IMG/VR virus record: IMGVR_UViG_3300037851_000004
Span: 1-28,710 of that record
DNA length: 28,710 nt
DNA from: a virus
Lineage: Duplodnaviria; Caudoviricetes
Strand: one strand, 5' to 3'
In this document: in pieces, positions 17,293-25,314 of the stretch
Layout of the letters: each line of letters opens with the position of its first letter
Numbering within the stretch: the first letter of the stretch is position 1
Program-made: the position numbers and the translations under genes
The notes under the pieces: generated by a model
What the model saw: the letters and a program-made list of their open reading frames with translations, nothing else
What the model was told of the DNA's origin: nothing
Databases searched by the model: none

Positions 17293-17529
17293 ATGCAATT
17301 GACTAACCAACAAGCGAAGATTCTTAACTACCTGCGTGCGGGTCATACCCTGACCAACAAGCAAGCCTTCCGTCTGTTCAAGGCTCGCCGTCTGTCGGGA
17401 CGCATTGCCGAATTGCGGCAGGCTGGTTACCCAATCTATCTGAACGAGGATGGCTATCGTCTTGGTACGCCGTCGCGTAAGATGGTTGCTGCTGCCTACC
17501 GTGTATTCGGTGGCGCACTGTTCCAGTAA
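17293..17529 (+). CDS. Small winged helix-turn-helix DNA-binding protein
   Basis: QQAKILNYLRAGHTLTNKQA..LF...RLSGRIAELRQAGYPI fits a wHTH pattern. Strong AGGAG SD. Confidence 0.8.
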   Translation: MQLTNQQAKILNYLRAGHTLTNKQAFRLFKARRLSGRIAELRQAGYPIYLNEDGYRLGTPSRKMVAAAYRVFGGALFQ

Positions 17530-17550
17530 GTTAGGAGTCGCGAAGTGAAA

Positions 17551-17586
17551 AACGGGGGCATCCTGCGGGGTGTCCCCGTTCCTTTT
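17551..17586 (+). terminator. Probable intrinsic terminator
   Basis: Stem AACGGGGGCATCC / GGGTGTCCCCGTT (13 bp including G-U pairs) with loop TGCG, followed by CCTTTT. Confidence 0.62.
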
Positions 17587-17602
17587 GATATGTGGAGGCG
17601 AA

Positions 17603-18007
17603 ATGACGCTTAAGGCATTTATTGGCAATAAGGACTATGACGAATGTGGTATGGAGGCGGCCTCAATTCTTCCATACGAAGAAAAGACCGAAATCGTGCC
17701 TACAGTCACTACAGTTACGGAACCTTTCAAGTATGCAGAAGGCAAGATTCTAGATGACTTGCGAGTGTACCTCGCAAACACATACGGCCAACATTACGTT
17801 GGTAAGAACAACATTCAGGCTAATGATCTTTTCTTGGCTGGTGATAGGGCAGAGGCACGGGGCTTCTGGAAGTGGAATGCAGTCAAGTACCTTTTGCGTT
17901 ACGGCAAAAAGGGCGGGCACAATAAAGCGGACTTGCTAAAAGCCTTGCATTACATTATACTAGTGATGTATCTGGATCATGAACAAGATAATGGAGAAAG
18001 TGAATGA
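17603..18007 (+). CDS. DUF3310-like protein (family related to T7 gp1.7 nucleotide kinase)
   Basis: TYGQHY...GFW.WNAVKYL.RYGKKGG..ADLLKALHY pattern. ATG at 17603 follows GGAGG. Confidence 0.72.
   Translation: MTLKAFIGNKDYDECGMEAASILPYEEKTEIVPTVTTVTEPFKYAEGKILDDLRVYLANTYGQHYVGKNNIQANDLFLAGDRAEARGFWKWNAVKYLLRYGKKGGHNKADLLKALHYIILVMYLDHEQDNGESE
17933..17961 (+). promoter_or_regulatory. Possible sigma70-type promoter for gp45-44-62 (TTGCTA-17-TATACT)
   Basis: The hexamers are correctly spaced 42 nt upstream of gp45, but they lie within coding sequence and the -35 is weaker. Confidence 0.4.
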
Positions 18008-18687
18008 AACTATCTGCTAACACAGTTGCAGTTCTAAAGAACTTTTGCAACGTCAATGCGAACCTGGTGATTGAGCCAGGTAAGGTCATTCGGACGATTG
18101 GTCCGAGCCGCAACATTTTTGCGGCGGCTACGGTTGAGGATGACTTTCCTCGGCAGGTGGCAATCTATGACCTTAACTCGTTTTTGGCAACGGTGACGTT
18201 ATTCGATAATGTTGATCTTGACTTCTCAGAGAAGTATATGGTTGTGAAGTCTGGTGATGCGATGATTAAGTATTTCTACTCTGACCCATCTATCGTGCAG
18301 GCTGCTCCGAACAAGGAGATCACGCTGGACGAGGAACTGTTTTCGTTCAATCTGACGGCAGATGAAGTCAACGCGATTACAAAGGTGTCTGCTATTCTGT
18401 CAGCCCCTACGTTGTCGTTGACTTGTGCAGATGGCAAGGTCAACCTCACAGTATCAGATCGTAAGAATGATACGTCGCATTCGTATCTGAAAGAGGTTGG
18501 TTCGTGCGGTACAGACTTCGACGTTCGCTTGCGCGTTGATGAATGGAAGATCATGCCTGGCGACTATAGTGGCACTGTTGCACGCAAGAAGCACAAGGAC
18601 GGATCGACGGTCGGCGTCGTTCGTTGGGTCAACAAGACTATCCCGCTGACCTACTTTATGACGGTGGACACCAACAGCAAGGTCTAA
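18004..18687 (+). CDS. gp45: Sliding clamp gp45
   Basis: MKLSANTVAVLKNFCNVN, IYDLNSFL and KYFYSDPS are typical of gp45. 227 aa, in gp45-44-62-regA order. Confidence 0.94.
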   Translation: MKLSANTVAVLKNFCNVNANLVIEPGKVIRTIGPSRNIFAAATVEDDFPRQVAIYDLNSFLATVTLFDNVDLDFSEKYMVVKSGDAMIKYFYSDPSIVQAAPNKEITLDEELFSFNLTADEVNAITKVSAILSAPTLSLTCADGKVNLTVSDRKNDTSHSYLKEVGSCGTDFDVRLRVDEWKIMPGDYSGTVARKKHKDGSTVGVVRWVNKTIPLTYFMTVDTNSKV

Positions 18688-18694
18688 TTACACT

Positions 18695-19642
18695 ATGAGC
18701 AATCGTGAGCAATTTCTGTGGGTTGAGAAATACAGACCGCGCACAATCGATGATTGTGTGTTGCCTGAAGCATTGAAGGCAACGTTCAAGGAGCATATTG
18801 CAAAGGGAGAAATCCCGAACATGATCCTTGCGGGTACTGCTGGAGTTGGCAAGACTACCGTAGCACGCGCAATGTGTGAGGAGTTGGGATGCGACTATCT
18901 GATGATTAACGCATCGGAAGACTCTGGTATCAACGTGCTGCGCGACAAGATTAGGAACTTCGCGTCTACCGTTTCGTTGTCTGGTGGTACGAAGGTTGTC
19001 ATTCTAGACGAGGCCGACTATCTACAGGCAGGTTCAACGCAGCCCGCGCTGCGTGGATTCATTGAGGAATTTGCAAGCAATTGCAGATTCATCTTGACAT
19101 GCAATTTTAAGAATCGCATCATTGAGCCACTGCATTCGCGGTGTACGATTATTGAATTCACGATCCCGAAAGAGGACAAGCCCGCAATGCTCGCCGCTTT
19201 CATGAAGCGGATCCGCCATATTCTCACGGAAGAGAATGTCGAGTTCAACAAAGACGCGGTGGCTCGCCTGCTGATGAAGCACTACCCCGACTATCGGCGG
19301 GTACTCAATGAGCTTCAGCGATATTCGGCTAGTGGTAAGGTCGATGAAGGCGTCCTGATAGACCTGACAGAGGACAATCTTGCGCTGCTGTGCAAGCACC
19401 TCAAGAACAAGGACTGGTCAGAAATGCGCAAGTGGGTCGCGCACAATGGGGACAATGATCCTAGCCGTTTGATTCGGATGATCTATGACCACGCATCGAA
19501 ATATATTGAGGCAGGGGAGATTCCGAAGTTGGTGTTGATCCTTGCTGATTATCAATTCAAGGTCCCGTTTGTGGTAGATCAAGAATTGAACATGGTGGCT
19601 ATGTTGACCGAGGTCATGATAAATGTGCAATTTAAGGAGTGA
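18695..19642 (+). CDS. gp44: Clamp loader large subunit gp44
   Basis: LWVEKYRP, GTAGVGKTT, INASE, ILDEAD, FILTCN and PLHSRC motifs. Confidence 0.96.
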   Translation: MSNREQFLWVEKYRPRTIDDCVLPEALKATFKEHIAKGEIPNMILAGTAGVGKTTVARAMCEELGCDYLMINASEDSGINVLRDKIRNFASTVSLSGGTKVVILDEADYLQAGSTQPALRGFIEEFASNCRFILTCNFKNRIIEPLHSRCTIIEFTIPKEDKPAMLAAFMKRIRHILTEENVEFNKDAVARLLMKHYPDYRRVLNELQRYSASGKVDEGVLIDLTEDNLALLCKHLKNKDWSEMRKWVAHNGDNDPSRLIRMIYDHASKYIEAGEIPKLVLILADYQFKVPFVVDQELNMVAMLTEVMINVQFKE

Positions 19643-19644
19643 TC

Positions 19645-20034
19645 ATGGCCGACAACCCGTTTGTATATCTGGACGCGATAAACGTCACAAAGGAGGATCT
19701 TATCGTTGACGACGCCAGTGAAAAGGCGTATCAACCGTATATGATGAACCGTGGTTTAGGATATTTTCGCGACACAGTTTTCTATGCGAATGAAATGAAT
19801 CGCTACTCTGGGCTAGACAAAAAGCTCCAATTCTCCTTTCTACTAAATAGTGTAGCCGCCAGAAAGCGGTTCTCAAAATGGTTCAGACCTGAGAAACTGG
19901 GTGACTTGGAAGTTGTCAAAGAATACTATGGTTATAGTGACCAGAAAGCCAAGGACGTTTTAGACCTCCTAACACCCGAGCAAATAGACTACATTAAGAA
20001 GAAACTATATCGGGGTGGAAAGAATGAAGCCTAA
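19645..20034 (+). CDS. gp62: Clamp loader small subunit gp62
   Basis: PFVYLDAIN, YQPYMMNRGL..F.DTV.YANEMN, RKRFSKW and VKEYYGYS..KA. Located between gp44 and regA. Confidence 0.92.
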   Translation: MADNPFVYLDAINVTKEDLIVDDASEKAYQPYMMNRGLGYFRDTVFYANEMNRYSGLDKKLQFSFLLNSVAARKRFSKWFRPEKLGDLEVVKEYYGYSDQKAKDVLDLLTPEQIDYIKKKLYRGGKNEA

Positions 20035-20473
20035 CGTTTTAGGATTGCAGTTTGAAGGCTTGGACAGGTACAAGCCATTAGAGGTGAGTCTCGCCTCTCC
20101 AGATGACTTTCTCAAAGTCAGAGAGACCTTGACAAGGATTGGGATCGCTTCTGAGCGAAGCAACACTCTCTATCAATCTTGTCATATTCTGCACAAGCAA
20201 GGCAGATACTATATCGTCCATTTCAAGGAGTTGTTTGCTTTAGACGGCAAGCACTCCAACATGGACGAAAAGGACATGCAGCGCCGAAACACGATTGCCA
20301 AACTGCTGTCGGACTGGGGTTTGGTCACGATTCTTGATGCCGCCGATTACGTCGATGACGTAGCACCGATGCGATTGATTAAGGTAATCTCGCACAAAGA
20401 TAAGAACGATTGGAATTTGCAGTCTAAGTATACTATAGGTAAGAAGGGCATCTACTCAGGCTTGGACGAGTAG
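20024..20473 (+). CDS. regA: Translational repressor RegA
   Basis: DDFLKVRETLTRIGIAS, LYQSCHILHKQGRYYIVHFKELFALDG, RRNTIAKLL.DWGL and WNLQSKYTIG. Confidence 0.96.
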   Translation: MKPNVLGLQFEGLDRYKPLEVSLASPDDFLKVRETLTRIGIASERSNTLYQSCHILHKQGRYYIVHFKELFALDGKHSNMDEKDMQRRNTIAKLLSDWGLVTILDAADYVDDVAPMRLIKVISHKDKNDWNLQSKYTIGKKGIYSGLDE

Positions 20474-20482
20474 GTGATTGGT

Positions 20483-20537
20483 GCGGTGCCTTCGGGGCCG
20501 CGATTTGTTGTAACTCGCTTAAAAAGGAGGTTGTATG
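20483..20537 (+). promoter_or_regulatory. ROSE-like RNA thermometer in the hsp20 5' UTR
   Basis: A C(UUCG)G hairpin at 20483-20501 is followed by CUCGCUU (20514-20520) pairing with AAGGAG (20524-20529) around a bulged G, which sequesters the SD. Confidence 0.65.
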
Positions 20538-20993
20538 AACTCGTTAATTCCTGCTAATTACAAAGAGTGGTTCGTTGGGTTCGATAAGTTGTTTGATGAT
20601 ATGTGGAAGATGCCGTATACAAATCACACAGTTCCAAATTGGCCACCTTGCAACGTTCGCAAGGTGGCTGAAAACAAGTATGTGATTGAAATGGCAGTCG
20701 CTGGTTTTGGTAAGAACGATCTTGAGGTTACGTTGCACAAGAATTCGTTGACCATCACTGGCAGGGTTAAGTCTGCGGATGAGGGTGACCACTACCAACT
20801 TCGTGGAATCGCTTCGCGTGGATTTAGACGCGAATTCTTGATTGAAGATTCAGTTGTTGTGCAGAATGCATCATACCTGAATGGACTTTTGCGCGTGTAT
20901 CTTGAAAGGATGGTTACGCAAGATGATACCCGAAAGATCGAAATTCAGGAAGAGGAACCTGTTTCGGATAAGCAGGTTCTAATCGAAGCGTAA
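20535..20993 (+). CDS. hsp20: Small heat shock protein (Hsp20/IbpA-like)
   Basis: FVGFDKLFD, WPPCNV, YVIEMAVAGF, RGIASRGFRREF, A.YLNGLL.VYL and the C-terminal RKIEI (IXI) motif. Confidence 0.94.
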   Translation: MNSLIPANYKEWFVGFDKLFDDMWKMPYTNHTVPNWPPCNVRKVAENKYVIEMAVAGFGKNDLEVTLHKNSLTITGRVKSADEGDHYQLRGIASRGFRREFLIEDSVVVQNASYLNGLLRVYLERMVTQDDTRKIEIQEEEPVSDKQVLIEA

Positions 20994-20995
20994 CA

Positions 20996-21025
20996 AGTTG
21001 GAGGCCGAAAGGCCTCCAACTGTTT
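20996..21025 (+). terminator. Perfect 11-bp hairpin with GAAA tetraloop after hsp20 (terminator or stabilising hairpin)
   Basis: AGTTGGAGGCC-GAAA-GGCCTCCAACT followed by GTTT. The U-tract is short. Confidence 0.7.
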
Positions 21026-21035
21026 AGGGGATAAT

Positions 21036-21386
21036 ATGAGCAACGTTCAAGTAATGCATTTCCTCAATGGTGAGGATGTTATTGGTGATGTGAAGGAACC
21101 TGCGGATTTGATGGATGACTTCGGGACGATAACTATTGACAATGCGTGCGTTATCGTTTTGATGCCTGATACAAACAACCCCGACCGTGTCGGGGTGCAG
21201 TTTAGGCCGTGGTGCCCGTTCAATGCAGGAACGTCGGTCAAGGTTTCTAGGTCGCACATTGTATACATAGCTGAACCAGTAGTAGATTTGCTCAATCAGT
21301 ATCAGCGGTTGTTTGGAACTGGTCTGGTCATTGCTGGTGCAGGAGATGTGCCAAAGACTGGGGCAACGGTTCATCGTATCAAGTGA
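21036..21386 (+). CDS. Conserved T4-like hypothetical protein, probable Sm-like fold
   Basis: VMHFLNGEDVIG...FRPW...IVYIAEP..DLLNQYQRLFG.GLVI. GGGG SD. Lies downstream of hsp20. Confidence 0.75.
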   Translation: MSNVQVMHFLNGEDVIGDVKEPADLMDDFGTITIDNACVIVLMPDTNNPDRVGVQFRPWCPFNAGTSVKVSRSHIVYIAEPVVDLLNQYQRLFGTGLVIAGAGDVPKTGATVHRIK

Positions 21387-21393
21387 GGACTAT

Positions 21394-21597
21394 ATGGGCG
21401 ATGCAAAGAAGGAAGTAACAGTAAAGAAGGCTGGCGTTAAGATGCCTAAAAGCATCAAACGTATGCTGGCGCTTATGGGTGAGGAAGATCGAAAGAAGTG
21501 TCATGCGGTGTTGTATTCTGCGGTTCAAGCGGAGCATCATAATCGAATTCAAATGCTTCGCCGGCGGTCATCTGAAAAGGATGACAATGGAGATTGA
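21394..21597 (+). CDS. Small basic hypothetical protein
   Basis: ATG at 21394 follows GAGGA. Contains KMPKSIKRMLALM and fills the gap between neighbouring genes. Confidence 0.65.
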   Translation: MGDAKKEVTVKKAGVKMPKSIKRMLALMGEEDRKKCHAVLYSAVQAEHHNRIQMLRRRSSEKDDNGD

Positions 21598-21600
21598 AAA

Positions 21601-22137
21601 ATGACTACTATCGTTTATTGCAACAAAACAAAACTCCTTGCCGCGGATACGCGAGTCACTTTCGGCGAAAGTTATCATGGTTTTGGGTCAAAGATTTTGT
21701 TTCCAAAGAAGAATGTCATACTTGCTACTGCTGGTGATGGTGGAGCTGGGGAATGGTTGCGGTTCAAGTTACAGAAAATGGTTTCCATTCATGATCTGTA
21801 TAACTTAACAGATAAGCCTAAAATGCCCGATGAGTTTGGTGCATTTGTTTGGTGGAATGGCCCGTACACGATCTACGATGATCTTAACCCGTTCCCAATT
21901 GAGTCAGATTATTGGCGCGGTGGTACTGGTGGTGATTTTGCGTTAGCATATTTGGCCGCTGGGATGGATATTGCGGAAGCTGCAATTCGCGCTATTAGAT
22001 TGGACGTTAACTCTGGCCCACCTGTGCATATTGTGAAATGTGATTCACCAGACAAGAAAATCCGTGTCTATCAAGACACGCTTCCTCCGGTCCAGCTAAA
22101 TGAACAGAGGCACGTTCATAAAATTTACAAAGCATGA
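21601..22137 (+). CDS. Ntn-hydrolase, HslV/proteasome-beta-like peptidase
   Basis: N-terminal MTTIV, LAADTRVT, SKI, ATAGD, GTGGDFALAYL and AIRLDVNSGPPV. Confidence 0.78.
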   Translation: MTTIVYCNKTKLLAADTRVTFGESYHGFGSKILFPKKNVILATAGDGGAGEWLRFKLQKMVSIHDLYNLTDKPKMPDEFGAFVWWNGPYTIYDDLNPFPIESDYWRGGTGGDFALAYLAAGMDIAEAAIRAIRLDVNSGPPVHIVKCDSPDKKIRVYQDTLPPVQLNEQRHVHKIYKA

Positions 22138-22742
22138 AGTCTTTCAAAAACTACACAGATGATATGAACTCCTTACAAGAGGGGTTCACTAACCTGTTGC
22201 CGCATCACAAAGAGTTAAAGCAAAAGCATGTCGATGCTGTGTGGGACATGCTGCAACATTCGTATGCCAAGATCGGTGGTATTCATGGGTCGGGGTTTTC
22301 GTCTAAAGAGGAAATGGTTGAAAAGATCCCAATGTGGAAGGTCGGTAAGACTGGTGGGAGAATTAATTCTGTTATCTTGTATAAGGACAAAGAAGGCCGA
22401 AAGTCTGTTGCGGCTGGTACTGATGGAACTGTCGAGGGCAAGAAACGCATGGCAGAAATGATGATGCATGACATGCATCGCAGCTATGGTGAAAAGTCGG
22501 GGCCTGCCCTTGCGTTCATGAAGAAACACACTCCGCCAGGTTTTGTGCAGCAACATGCCATTCCGTATGAGCATGTCAAGAAAATTTCAAAGGCAAATGG
22601 TGATGAGGTTCGGCGTCCACCAGATGATGATCCTGAAATCCAAAAGCACCCAGAGCTAAAAGATTATTTCTATCAGCGTCAAATTGGGGGAGAATGGCAC
22701 ACAAAGGCAATGTTTGGTGTGCCTTATAAGAAGATTGCTTGA
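22134..22742 (+). CDS. Hypothetical protein, possibly capsid-packaged
   Basis: 202 aa with an ATGA overlap. The N-terminus MKSFKNY...LQE resembles T4-type capsid-targeting leaders. Confidence 0.7.
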   Translation: MKSFKNYTDDMNSLQEGFTNLLPHHKELKQKHVDAVWDMLQHSYAKIGGIHGSGFSSKEEMVEKIPMWKVGKTGGRINSVILYKDKEGRKSVAAGTDGTVEGKKRMAEMMMHDMHRSYGEKSGPALAFMKKHTPPGFVQQHAIPYEHVKKISKANGDEVRRPPDDDPEIQKHPELKDYFYQRQIGGEWHTKAMFGVPYKKIA

Positions 22743-22767
22743 CGTTGGTGTTTATCTGTTGTATAAT
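22739..22767 (+). promoter_or_regulatory. sigma70-type promoter for gp43 (TTGACG-17-TATAAT)
   Basis: TTGACG at 22739-22744 and TATAAT at 22762-22767, 21 nt before the polymerase GTG. Confidence 0.82.
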
Positions 22768-22788
22768 AGTTGTTTGTGAGAGGTCTTT

Positions 22789-25284
22789 GTGAGATTTTAT
22801 ACTAATGTAGCGCAATACAAGACGAAGATTTATGCGCGGGGGTATGATAATGGTCGCCCCTTCAACAAGCGCACAGACTTCGGGCCCACCCTGTTTGTTG
22901 AGTCAGACAAACCCAGTGAGTGGCGTTCACATTTGAACGTCCCGCTTTCACCAGTTGAATTCGATTCCATTGTTGACGCTCGCGACTTCGTTGAGGAGTA
23001 CGCAGAGGTTGACAATTTCCGCATTTATGGCCAGACGCATTACACGCTGGGATATATTTCACAGACCTTCCCGGGAGAGACCATTCAATGGGATATCAAT
23101 CAGATCAAGACTGTCATGATTGACATTGAGGTGTCGTCGGAGAACGGCTTTCCTAATATAGATACCGCACCCGAAATGGTCACCGCTATAACTGTGATGG
23201 ACCGAACATCAAAGGAGATTGTGTCATTTGGGTGTGGTGACTATGCCCCGCATCACGAAAACGTTAGGTACGTCAGATGCAATTCAGAACGCGAGTTGCT
23301 GGTGCGTTTCCTGTCGCACTGGACCTCAAGTTATCCCGATATCGTCACAGGTTGGAACGTCAAGTATTTTGACATTCCCTATCTAGTCAATCGCATTGAT
23401 CGTGTTCTTGGCACGGAGAATTCCAAGAAGATGGGGATGTGGTACATCAAGCCACGCGAGACTGAGAAGTTTGGGCGTAAGCAAAACTACTTTGAACTTG
23501 GTGGCATCGCCATTCTCGACTATTTGGAACTCTATCGCAAATTCACCTATAGTGCGAAAGAGTCCTATACGTTAGGTCATATCGCGTTCATTGAGTTGGG
23601 CGAGGAGAAATTGACATATGAGGAATATGACTCTCTGCATGACCTGTATAAGGAAAACTTCCAGAAGTATATGGAGTATAACAACCGCGACGTTTGGCTG
23701 GTGTATAGGTTAGAGAAAAAGCTGCGCATGATTGAGCTATGCGTCACGATGGCATATGACGCAAAGATCAACTATGAGGAAGTCTTTTCACAAACGCGAT
23801 TCTGGGATGCTTTAATCTTCAACCACTTGCTGCGCAAGAAGGTGGCATTGCCGCCGCGCCCAGAAGGGATCAAGGAAAGGTCATACTCAGGCGCGTATGT
23901 CAAGGACCCGCAAGTGGGGGCATACAAGTGGGTGGTGTCTTTCGACGCAACGTCGCTATACCCATCCCTCGTTTTGCAATACAACATTTCGCCTGACACG
24001 ATTTCTGACCCCTCTCGCGACGAGAAGATCGATATCGACGCCATGATTGAGGCAAAGTTGGATCTACCTCACATGGTGGGGCACGGGTTGGCAGCGAATG
24101 GGGTGCATTTCTGTAACGATCACCTTGGGTTCTTTCCTGAACTGGTGCAAAAGTTTTTTGATGATCGACAGGTATACAAGAAGAAATTCCTCGAATCAAA
24201 AAAGAAATTTGAGGAGACCAACGATCCGAAGTACAATGACGAAATGTCACGCTACAATGTCTATCAGATGGCGCGCAAGATTTCGCTCAATTCCCTTTAT
24301 GGTGCGGCTGGCTCTGGGTACTTCAGGTTTTTTTCCATTCGTATTGCTGAGGCAATAACGTTATCTGGGCAGATGATTATCCAACGAATGGAGAATACTG
24401 TCAATGACTATCTGAACAAGCTACTGAAAAACGAGGTAGTAAAGCCCTATGTCATCGCATCTGATACAGATTCGGTGTATGTAACATTGGATGATCTAGT
24501 GACGCGCGTCATGGGAACTGATCCAGATCCAAACAAGGTTGTCAACTTCCTTGACAAGGTGTGTATTGAGAAGTTGTCGCCGCTGTTGGATAAGGCATGT
24601 AAGGACGTAGCAGATTACACGCACGCATATCGCAATGCCATTTCATTCAAGCGTGAGTCGATTGCTGACTATGGCTTTTGGACTGCGAAGAAACGGTACG
24701 CGCTGCGTGTCTATGATAGTGAGGGGGTGCGTTTCCACGAACCAGAAATCAAGGTCACTGGTCTTGAGGTTGTGCGGTCGTCAACGCCTGGTGTTGTGCG
24801 TGGTATGCTGAAAGATGCTATCAAGGTTATCATGAGCGGCAAGCAAGAGGCGCTTTGGGCATATGTTGAGGAGCAACAGCAGAAATTCAATCAATGCCTG
24901 CCCGAGGATATTTCGTTTCCGCGTTCAGTCAATGGGTTGAACAAGTATGGGTCAACCTCATCCATTTACGAAAAGGGCGCTCCGATGCAGGTTCGTGCGG
25001 CGTTGATGTATAACGATCTTATTCGTAGAAACAAGCTTGACAAGAAGTATAGGTACATTCAAGAAGGCGACAAGATTAAGTTTGTGTATTTGAAGGAGCC
25101 GAATATGATTAAGGAAAACACGATTGCTTTTTCAAGTTCGTTGCCCAAGGAATTGGGCTTGCACGCATACATAGACTATGAGGTCATGTTCAATAAGACG
25201 TTCATTGAGCCTCTAGAAAGCATTTTGTCATGTATCGGGTGGACACATAAGAAGGTCAATACGGTTGACGATTTATTCGGCTAA
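22789..25284 (+). CDS. gp43: Family B DNA polymerase gp43
   Basis: Exonuclease motifs DIEV, TGWNVKYFDIPY and YNNRDV. Polymerase motifs SFDATSLYPS, KISLNSLYG, ASDTDSVY and KKRY. C-terminal TVDDLFG clamp tail. GTG start after GAGG. Confidence 0.97.
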   Translation: MRFYTNVAQYKTKIYARGYDNGRPFNKRTDFGPTLFVESDKPSEWRSHLNVPLSPVEFDSIVDARDFVEEYAEVDNFRIYGQTHYTLGYISQTFPGETIQWDINQIKTVMIDIEVSSENGFPNIDTAPEMVTAITVMDRTSKEIVSFGCGDYAPHHENVRYVRCNSERELLVRFLSHWTSSYPDIVTGWNVKYFDIPYLVNRIDRVLGTENSKKMGMWYIKPRETEKFGRKQNYFELGGIAILDYLELYRKFTYSAKESYTLGHIAFIELGEEKLTYEEYDSLHDLYKENFQKYMEYNNRDVWLVYRLEKKLRMIELCVTMAYDAKINYEEVFSQTRFWDALIFNHLLRKKVALPPRPEGIKERSYSGAYVKDPQVGAYKWVVSFDATSLYPSLVLQYNISPDTISDPSRDEKIDIDAMIEAKLDLPHMVGHGLAANGVHFCNDHLGFFPELVQKFFDDRQVYKKKFLESKKKFEETNDPKYNDEMSRYNVYQMARKISLNSLYGAAGSGYFRFFSIRIAEAITLSGQMIIQRMENTVNDYLNKLLKNEVVKPYVIASDTDSVYVTLDDLVTRVMGTDPDPNKVVNFLDKVCIEKLSPLLDKACKDVADYTHAYRNAISFKRESIADYGFWTAKKRYALRVYDSEGVRFHEPEIKVTGLEVVRSSTPGVVRGMLKDAIKVIMSGKQEALWAYVEEQQQKFNQCLPEDISFPRSVNGLNKYGSTSSIYEKGAPMQVRAALMYNDLIRRNKLDKKYRYIQEGDKIKFVYLKEPNMIKENTIAFSSSLPKELGLHAYIDYEVMFNKTFIEPLESILSCIGWTHKKVNTVDDLFG

Positions 25285-25293
25285 AGCTATAAT
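25265..25293 (+). promoter_or_regulatory. sigma70-type promoter for uvsX (TTGACG-17-TATAAT)
   Basis: TTGACG at 25265-25270 (inside the last codons of gp43) and TATAAT at 25288-25293, 21 nt before the uvsX ATG. Confidence 0.8.
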
Positions 25294-25314
25294 ACACAAT
25301 ACACGGAGAATACG

